DNA from: Methanothrix sp.
GTDB taxonomy: Archaea; Halobacteriota; Methanosarcinia; Methanotrichales; Methanotrichaceae
Assembly: GCA_037128175.1 (NCBI GenBank)
Contig: JBAXWY010000022.1
Location: 1-44,453 of the forward strand
Reading direction: 5' to 3'
Length of the DNA: 44,453 nucleotides
The notes under the pieces: model-generated
Database searches by the model: none
The model's input: the letters and a program-made list of their open reading frames with translations, nothing else
What the model was told of the DNA's origin: nothing
Shown: positions 38,147-44,453 of the stretch, in pieces
Layout of the letters: each line of letters opens with the position of its first letter
Numbering within the stretch: position 1 is the stretch's first letter
Position numbers and translations under genes: made by a program

Positions 38147-39253
38147 ATGATTGGGGTCTTAGGGTTAGAAGACGGTACAAGGGTGGAAGGTACCGGTTTT
38201 GGTGCGCCTGGCTTGGTTTCGGGTGAACTGGTCTTTACTACCGTTATGTCCGGATATGAGGAGGCATTAACAGACCCCTCTTACCACGGACAGATGCTCA
38301 TGTTCACATATCCTCTGCAAGGAAATTACGGCATAAGCGGCGATGATTTCCAATCCGACAGGATGTGGCCGCGCGCCATGGTTAGCCGGGAATACTGGGA
38401 TCGTCCAACACATCATCGTCACGCAAAAACGCTCAACCGGTTCCTTATTGATGAGGGCAAGCCCGGACTATGTGACGTGGATACTCGCATGCTCACTTTG
38501 AAGGTAAGAGAGCTTGGTGTGATGAAAGCCGCGCTTGCCGTTGGCGAAAGGAGAGACGTGCAAGACATGGATGTGGTGGCAATGGCAAGGTCCCAGGCCG
38601 ATATCTCTCTCCAAAATCTGCTGGGAGATGTGACCTGCAAATCACCTTACCGCATGAAAGGCAATGGCCCTCGCATGGCGGTGCTGGATTTAGGCATTAA
38701 GAGGAATATTCTTAAAAGTCTCTCCTGCCGTGGATTCGATATAACTGTGCTTCCTGCACATGCCGACATATCTCTGATCGAGGCTACAGCGCCGCAGGCA
38801 CTCTTCGTCTCCAATGGACCTGGCGATCCCGAAATGGCCAAGGAGGCCATATCTGCCGTCCGACACTATGCGGGACAAATCCCCATCTTTGGAATATGCC
38901 TGGGACATCAGGTCATATCCCTGGGACTGGGTGCCCAGACCTTCAAGCTCAAGTTCGGCCACCATGGTGGCAATCAGCCCGTCAAAGACCTGGAAAAAAG
39001 GATCGTCTACATCACCTCTCAGAATCACAACTTTGCCGTTCGGCCCGGCTCTGTGGAGGGCACGGACCTGGAGATCACCCAGCTAAATGCCAACGACGGC
39101 ACAGTCGAAGGCGTAAAGAGCGACAAGCTCAATGTTCTGGCGGTCCAGTACCACCCCGAGGCCCATCCCGGACCGCTCTGCACGGAAGATCCATTCTTTG
39201 GATCGGTCTTGAGAATAATGAATGGCCGGACAGGCGTTGCCGGGAGGCGATAG
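38147..39253 (+). CDS. carA: Carbamoyl-phosphate synthase small subunit
   Basis: LEDGT, GELVFTT, LTDPSY, SNGPGDP, GICLGHQ, TSQNHNF, QYHPEA. Confidence 0.97.
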   Translation: MIGVLGLEDGTRVEGTGFGAPGLVSGELVFTTVMSGYEEALTDPSYHGQMLMFTYPLQGNYGISGDDFQSDRMWPRAMVSREYWDRPTHHRHAKTLNRFLIDEGKPGLCDVDTRMLTLKVRELGVMKAALAVGERRDVQDMDVVAMARSQADISLQNLLGDVTCKSPYRMKGNGPRMAVLDLGIKRNILKSLSCRGFDITVLPAHADISLIEATAPQALFVSNGPGDPEMAKEAISAVRHYAGQIPIFGICLGHQVISLGLGAQTFKLKFGHHGGNQPVKDLEKRIVYITSQNHNFAVRPGSVEGTDLEITQLNANDGTVEGVKSDKLNVLAVQYHPEAHPGPLCTEDPFFGSVLRIMNGRTGVAGRR

Positions 39254-39255
39254 AG

Positions 39256-42200
39256 ATGCCCAAAAGAAATGATATTCATAAGGTCCTTCTTATCGGCTCG
39301 GGGCCCATTCAGATTGGTCAGGCCGCAGAATTTGATTTCTCCGGCTCTCAGGCCTGCAAATCCCTGCGCGAAGAGGGAATCGAGGTCGTCTTGGTCAACT
39401 CCAATCCGGCCACCATCATGACTGATCCAGACACCGCCGATAAGGTCTACATTGAGCCTCTGGTGCCGGAGATTTTGGCCAAGATCATCGAGAAGGAGAG
39501 GCCGGATGGAATTATCGCAGGCATCGGCGGCCAGACGGGTCTGAACATCACATCTGAGCTCGCGGATATGGGCGTTTTCGAGAAATTCAATGTAGAGGTT
39601 TTGGGAACGTCCGTCAAGTCCATTCGGGAGGCTGAAGACCGCGACCTATTCAAGAAGGCCATGCAGCGTGTGGGCGAGCCCGTGCCGAAGAGCAAAGCCG
39701 TCAACACCCTTGCTGAGGCCTTGGCGGTCATGGAGGAGCTGGGACTGCCGTTGGTAGTCCGGCCCGCATACACATTGGGTGGCTCAGGGGGAGGCATTGC
39801 CAGGACTCGCGAGGAGCTGCTCTCCATCTGCGAACTGGGGCTGAAGAGGTCTCGCATCAGCCAGGTCCTGCTGGAGGAGAGCCTGGGGGGCTGGACTGAG
39901 CTGGAGTACGAGGTGATGAGGGACTCGAACAATACCTGTATCACCATTTGCAACATGGAGAACATGGATCCCATGGGCATTCACACCGGCGAGTCTATCG
40001 TCGTCACTCCCATCCAGACCCTGTCCGATAAGGAGATCCAGATGCTGCGTAGCTCCGCCATCAACATCATCCGCGCTTTAGAAATTGAGGGCGGCTGCAA
40101 CATCCAGTTTGCATTCAAGAACGGGGAGTACCGGGTCATCGAGGTCAACCCTCGCGTCTCCCGCTCCTCGGCTCTGGCCTCCAAGGCCACCGGCTACCCC
40201 ATTGCCCGGGTCACCGCCAAAATCGCCATCGGCATGACTCTCGATGAGATCCGAAACGATGTCACCAAAGAGACGCCCGCTTCCTTCGAGCCCGCCGTGG
40301 ATTATGTGGTTATCAAGATTCCCCGCTGGCCGTTCGACAAGTTCGTCAAGGCCAACAAGACCCTCACCACGGCCATGAAATCCACAGGAGAGGTCATGGC
40401 CATAGGAAGGAGCTACGAGGAGGCTCTCATGAAGGCCATTCGTTCCCTGGATATCGATAAAGATCTGGGGTACGCGGGAAAGTACACCATCTGGACGGAT
40501 GAGGAGATAAAAAACCTCCTGGAAAATCCCACTGACGAGCGGCTCTTTGCCATCTACCAGGCCTTGAAGAGAGGCATGTCTTCGGAGGAGATCTCGAAGA
40601 TTACAGGCATTGAGCCTTACTTCCTCTACAGGATGGAGAACATCATCGCCATGGAAGTGGAGATAAGAGCCGGGCTCGATGCAAAGGTTCTGAGGAAGGC
40701 CAAACGCACCGGCTTTACTGATAAGCAGATCGCCGGCATCGTGGGCAAAAGCCGGGAAGAGATAACCGATATGCGTATCTTGCAAGGCATCATTCCAACT
40801 TACAAGATGGTGGATACCTGTGCCGCCGAGTTTGAGGCCAAGACCCCCTACTACTACTCCACCTATGACACCCAGTGCGAACTCTTGCCCTCAGACAAAA
40901 AGAAGGTGCTGATTTTGGGCTCAGGCCCCATCAGGATCGGTCAAGGCATCGAGTTTGACTATTGCACAGTTCATGCTGTGATGGCACTACGCGAGCAGGG
41001 CATCGAGACCCATATCGTCAACAACAATCCTGAGACCGTTTCCACCGATTACGATACCTCGGACAAGCTCTTCTTTGAGCCGGTTACTTTAGAGGACGTC
41101 ATGAACATCCTGGAAAAGGAGCAGCCCTACGGTGTACTGGTGCAGTTCGGCGGCCAGACGGCCATAAACCTGGCCTTCCCCCTGGAAAAGGAGATCGCAC
41201 GTCGTGGCCTGAAGACAAAGATTCTGGGCACCAGCCCGGACAGCATTGATCTGGCGGAGGACCGGGAGAGGTTCAATGCTCTCATGGACCAGTTGAACAT
41301 ACCTCAGCCTCGTGCCGGCATCGCCTTCACTCCAACCGAGGCCAAGGCGGTTGCCACCAGGATCGGCTATCCCGTACTGGTGCGGCCCAGCTACGTTCTG
41401 GGAGGCAGGGCCATGGAGATCGTTTACGACGAGGCGGGTCTGGAGGTCTACATGCGCGAAGCGGTGCGCGTCTCCCATGATCATCCCGTTCTTATCGATG
41501 ATTTCCTGCAAAACGCTGTGGAGATCGATGTGGACGCTGTTTGCGACGGCACCGATGTTCTGATTGGCGCCATCATGGAGCACATCGAGGAGGCAGGCAT
41601 TCATTCGGGTGACAGCGCCTGCATGATTCCACCCCAGACCTTGCCTGGTGTGGTTTTAGAGGTGGTGAGGGACTACGTGCGCAAGATCGCGCTTGGGCTT
41701 AAGGTCGTAGGAATTGTGAACCTGCAGATGGCTTACAAAGACGGCACGGTTTATGTTCTGGAGGCAAACCCTCGGTCGAGTCGCACCATACCATTTGTCT
41801 CCAAAGCCGTAGGCCTGCCCCTGGCCAAGATTGCCGCCAATGTCATGATTGGGAAATCCTTGCGGGAGCAGGGCACCCTTTTAGAGCCCAAGACGCCTTA
41901 CGTCTCAGTCAAGGAGGTGCTCCTGCCCTTTGACAAGCTGCCTGGGGCAGACGTGCTGCTGGGGCCGGAGATGAGGTCTACGGGCGAGGTCATGGGCATA
42001 GACTACAAGCTGGGCCTGGCCTTCTTCAAGGCGGAGCTGTCTGCGGACAATCCGCTGCCTCTGGAGGGCATGGTCTTCATCTCCGTCAAGGATGAGGACA
42101 AGGCAGCCGTTGCTGTGGCCGCCAAGAAGCTGCATGAGGTGGGGCTCTCCATCATTGCCACAGATAGCACAGCCGAGTACCTGCGCCGCTCGGGCCTGCC

Positions 42201-42474
42201 GGTGGTGAGGGTGAATAAGATCTACAACGGCAGCCCCAATATCATGGACTACATCAAGATTGGTGAGGTGAAGCTGATCATCAATACGCCCACCACCAAA
42301 GAGTCGGTCAAGGACGGCTTCCAGATTAGGAGAAGCGCCGTGGACTACCACATCCCTTACATCACCACCATTCAGGCGGCTGTGGCTGCGGCAGATGCCA
42401 TTCTGATGGCCAAGAAGGATCAGATAACCATCAAGGCGCTGGATGAGTATCACAAAGAGGTCTACTACAATTAA
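39256..42474 (+). CDS. carB: Carbamoyl-phosphate synthase large subunit
   Basis: MPKRNDIHKVLLIGSGPIQIGQAAEFDFSG, EVNPRVSRSSALASKATG, second GSGPIRIGQGIEFDY half. Confidence 0.98.
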   Translation: MPKRNDIHKVLLIGSGPIQIGQAAEFDFSGSQACKSLREEGIEVVLVNSNPATIMTDPDTADKVYIEPLVPEILAKIIEKERPDGIIAGIGGQTGLNITSELADMGVFEKFNVEVLGTSVKSIREAEDRDLFKKAMQRVGEPVPKSKAVNTLAEALAVMEELGLPLVVRPAYTLGGSGGGIARTREELLSICELGLKRSRISQVLLEESLGGWTELEYEVMRDSNNTCITICNMENMDPMGIHTGESIVVTPIQTLSDKEIQMLRSSAINIIRALEIEGGCNIQFAFKNGEYRVIEVNPRVSRSSALASKATGYPIARVTAKIAIGMTLDEIRNDVTKETPASFEPAVDYVVIKIPRWPFDKFVKANKTLTTAMKSTGEVMAIGRSYEEALMKAIRSLDIDKDLGYAGKYTIWTDEEIKNLLENPTDERLFAIYQALKRGMSSEEISKITGIEPYFLYRMENIIAMEVEIRAGLDAKVLRKAKRTGFTDKQIAGIVGKSREEITDMRILQGIIPTYKMVDTCAAEFEAKTPYYYSTYDTQCELLPSDKKKVLILGSGPIRIGQGIEFDYCTVHAVMALREQGIETHIVNNNPETVSTDYDTSDKLFFEPVTLEDVMNILEKEQPYGVLVQFGGQTAINLAFPLEKEIARRGLKTKILGTSPDSIDLAEDRERFNALMDQLNIPQPRAGIAFTPTEAKAVATRIGYPVLVRPSYVLGGRAMEIVYDEAGLEVYMREAVRVSHDHPVLIDDFLQNAVEIDVDAVCDGTDVLIGAIMEHIEEAGIHSGDSACMIPPQTLPGVVLEVVRDYVRKIALGLKVVGIVNLQMAYKDGTVYVLEANPRSSRTIPFVSKAVGLPLAKIAANVMIGKSLREQGTLLEPKTPYVSVKEVLLPFDKLPGADVLLGPEMRSTGEVMGIDYKLGLAFFKAELSADNPLPLEGMVFISVKDEDKAAVAVAAKKLHEVGLSIIATDSTAEYLRRSGLPVVRVNKIYNGSPNIMDYIKIGEVKLIINTPTTKESVKDGFQIRRSAVDYHIPYITTIQAAVAAADAILMAKKDQITIKALDEYHKEVYYN

Positions 42475-42583
42475 TTGGTGGGCGGGCCGGGCACGATGCT
42501 GGCCCTATCCAAATTTCATTTTAGCTATTCCCAAGTCGGACCGAAGCCTTTATCTGCGAGAAGGCGATAGGGAAGGTGCTCGC

Positions 42584-42657
42584 GGGCCCGTGGTCTAGCT
42601 GGTTATGACGTCGCCTTGACATGGCGGAGGTCATGCGTTCGAATCGCGTCGGGCCCA
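42584..42657 (+). tRNA. tRNA-Val(GAC)
   Basis: GGGCCCGTGGTCTAGCTGGTTATGACGTCGCCTT-GAC-ATGGCGGAGGTCATGCGTTCGAATCGCGTCGGGCCCA. Confidence 0.96.
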
Positions 42658-42662
42658 CTTGA

Positions 42663-42735
<73 letters not shown>

Positions 42736-43249
42736 TATAATTACTAAGTAATTCGCCCCATTGATATCGATTTTTAGCGATTTTAGATCTTGTCTTGCAT
42801 CATCTCTCACAGGGTTATATATTTGCCTTTGCATCAAAGTTCATCGCGAAATTTCCCGATGGCGATCTTATCCAAGCCACGTGGGAATGATGAACGGTGG
42901 CGATCAGGGGACTGATGTGGATGGCCTCTATTCTCCCAAGGCCATTATCAGAGGCACTTACATGGAGATTAGAGCTTTTGAACTAGCGTATCATAGGGCG
43001 GCTAGAAGCTCTCCCTTGATGTTGGATAGTAGGATCGCGATGGAAGCTTAGAACTGCTTCCATTTAAATTCGCGAAGTGCTTTGCTTGCTCGATTTGCGG
43101 TTTCGTTTCTATTATAATAGCAGATAAATATTATTTCTCTGGCTGGATAGTTGTTCTCTCCAGACCGTTGCCAAAAGAAACGATCAGTTATATGGTATTT
43201 ACAAATGCCTTTATAGTAATATTGAGCAGAGCAAATATGGTGGAATAAG

Positions 43250-43426
43250 ATGAAAACAGAATGGAATAAACCACAGTTGGTTGTTGTGGCGCGCGGTTCC
43301 AGAGAAGAAAACGTGTTATACGTCTGTAAGGTGAATAATTCTAATGGCCCGTCTTATTACGACACTTTATGTATGTTCCGTTACGGAAGCGGTTGTATAG
43401 AATGTTATTTCGATATGCCCAGTTAG
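43250..43426 (+). CDS. 58-aa Cys-rich peptide P1, putative RiPP precursor (not in ORF track)
   Basis: MKTEWNKPQLVVVARGSREENVLYVCKVNNSNGPSYYDTLCMFRYGSGCIECYFDMPS*; TATA TTTATAG at 43210-43216; RBS GGTGGA at 43239-43244; paralog at 43689-43862. Confidence 0.85.
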   Translation: MKTEWNKPQLVVVARGSREENVLYVCKVNNSNGPSYYDTLCMFRYGSGCIECYFDMPS

Positions 43427-43562
43427 CCGGAGGCGTAGGAGAAATTTGCCTATTTTTGGAGCCCTGGTCTCCAGCTCAAATAAAATGCATTGGAGCCGAT
43501 AGCTGCCCATTTTCCTACTAATAAGAAACTTTTATAAGTATGTAAGATACTGATCTGAGTAT

Positions 43563-43652
43563 ATGCAAGAAAAGAGAAACAGAGATCAGATCAGGGCTCA
43601 AATTCTTGCCTTATGTGAAAGCGAACTTTCGTTATGCTTCCAAAAAAGTTAA
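43563..43652 (+). pseudogene. Truncated remnant resembling the N-terminus of an archaeal winged-helix regulator
   Basis: MQEKRNRDQIRAQILALCES resembles the KRxRxxIxxxILxxC start of archaeal wHTH proteins; TATA TTTTATAA at 43530-43537. Confidence 0.4.
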
Positions 43653-43667
43653 AATTTAACTATTTTT
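43642..43667. terminator. Candidate bidirectional terminator
   Basis: AGTTAAA/TTTAACT inverted repeat flanked by an A-run and a T-run, between convergent units. Confidence 0.45.
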
Positions 43668-43688
43668 AGAGGCCTGGTCTTGGCGGGG

Positions 43689-43862
43689 CTAGGAGAGAAT
43701 AAATGCAGCACATTGATGACAGGCCCCATTATCATATTGATCGCATATTCCAAAATAAGGATATGGGCCTGTGGGCTTGTCATACTTGCACGCGCTAAGC
43801 ACTCTTTCCTCGGTCGAACCTCTCACAAGTACGATCAATTCAGGTTTTGTCCATGATTTCAT
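43689..43862 (-). CDS. 57-aa Cys-rich peptide P2, putative RiPP precursor (not in ORF track)
   Basis: MKSWTKPELIVLVRGSTEERVLSACKYDKPTGPYPYFGICDQYDNGACHQCAAFILS*; RBS GAGGT upstream; paralog of P1. Confidence 0.85.
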   Translation of the reverse strand: MKSWTKPELIVLVRGSTEERVLSACKYDKPTGPYPYFGICDQYDNGACHQCAAFILS

Positions 43863-43925
43863 AATATACTACCTCTTATGAAAGATCTCATGCGATTCCT
43901 CCTATAATGAGTTGTTTATCGTTGG

Positions 43926-44006
43926 TTATGGCTCGGAGGTAGCGCCAGCTACCAGGGCAATCAGGAGCATCATGGTCAGCATTAAGAAGGCTTTAGTCAG
44001 TCTCAT
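43926..44006 (-). pseudogene. Signal-peptide-only ORF (truncated secreted-protein gene?)
   Basis: MRLTKAFLMLTMMLLIALVAGATSEP*: basic n-region, hydrophobic h-region, AGA cleavage motif, then stop. Confidence 0.45.
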
Positions 44007-44109
44007 GGTTTCATTCCTATCATTGTATGTTATTCAAGATTTCCATTTATGGAAAAATGGTCTATTGATATTGTTTTCCGGCCAAACTACTTAACCTTAC
44101 ATGTAGAAT

Positions 44110-44337
44110 ATGTTCTTCATGGCAGGAGTCCTTGAGCAGCTAATCAGGCCACAGAAGAAGGCAATGAGTCAGAAGGCTATGGAGCTGGAAGCCGCGAGAG
44201 AGATCCTGGCCGAGGTCTTCAGGGTCAGGATCTCAGAGGTTGATGAAATGATACGGAACCGTTTTGAAGCTGCAGGGAAAGACGATATGGACCCTAAAGA
44301 AAGCGGTCCATGGCCACAGGAGTTCTGGCTGGAATAG
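44110..44337 (+). CDS. Hypothetical protein
   Basis: 75-aa ORF with protein-like composition (ELEAAREILAEVF...VDEMIRNR). Confidence 0.65.
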   Translation: MFFMAGVLEQLIRPQKKAMSQKAMELEAAREILAEVFRVRISEVDEMIRNRFEAAGKDDMDPKESGPWPQEFWLE

Positions 44338-44453
44338 AGCCTATTTCCAGAATTGCCACCATCCTTTTTTCTTGGCCTCTTCCTGACTTGGTGGTAGGGC
44401 TAGTACAGCTGGGCTTAAATAAGCCTAATTTTAGGCTGTAAGTGCCCTCCCTC

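Noticed and set aside
38896-39255. 120-aa N-terminal extension of CarB
   Set aside because: Overlaps carA out of frame; the conserved CarB start MPKR is at 39256 with GGAGG upstream.
42761-43051. 96-aa ORF after tRNA-Phe as an integrase remnant or third precursor
   Set aside because: No recombinase motifs, no WxxPxL leader, and no duplicated tRNA 3' end found.

Overview
Archaeal chromosomal window, most consistent with Methanothrix (Methanosaeta) or a close relative. The evidence is archaeal RFC large subunit, thermosome, Fae, an intron-containing tRNA-Tyr and a co-occurring DnaK system. The backbone is housekeeping: rfcL, pycA-birA-JAMM-ribL-coaD, tRNA-Asp/Tyr, ogt, pstB-phoU-phoU regulator, thermosome-grpE-dnaK-dnaJ, guaAA, fae, a 2473-aa repeat-rich surface protein, an MFS transporter, carAB and tRNA-Val/Phe. 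Three accessory features stand out. (1) Downstream of tRNA-Phe are two convergent, paralogous 57-58 aa peptides missed by the ORF track. They share a WxKPxLxVxxRGSxEExVLxxCK leader and an identical C-x14-C-x7-C-x2-C-x5-S scaffold around otherwise unrelated cores, so they look like orphan RiPP precursors, with no maturase in the window. (2) An integrase-free array downstream of rfcL alternates diverged copies of the rfcL 3' end with toxin/defence-type cargo (PIN pair, DUF4145, GNAT), several of them decaying. (3) A DUF6516 toxin-antitoxin pair is bracketed by degenerate GC-rich direct repeats. All calls come from reading the sequence by eye; no searches were run.
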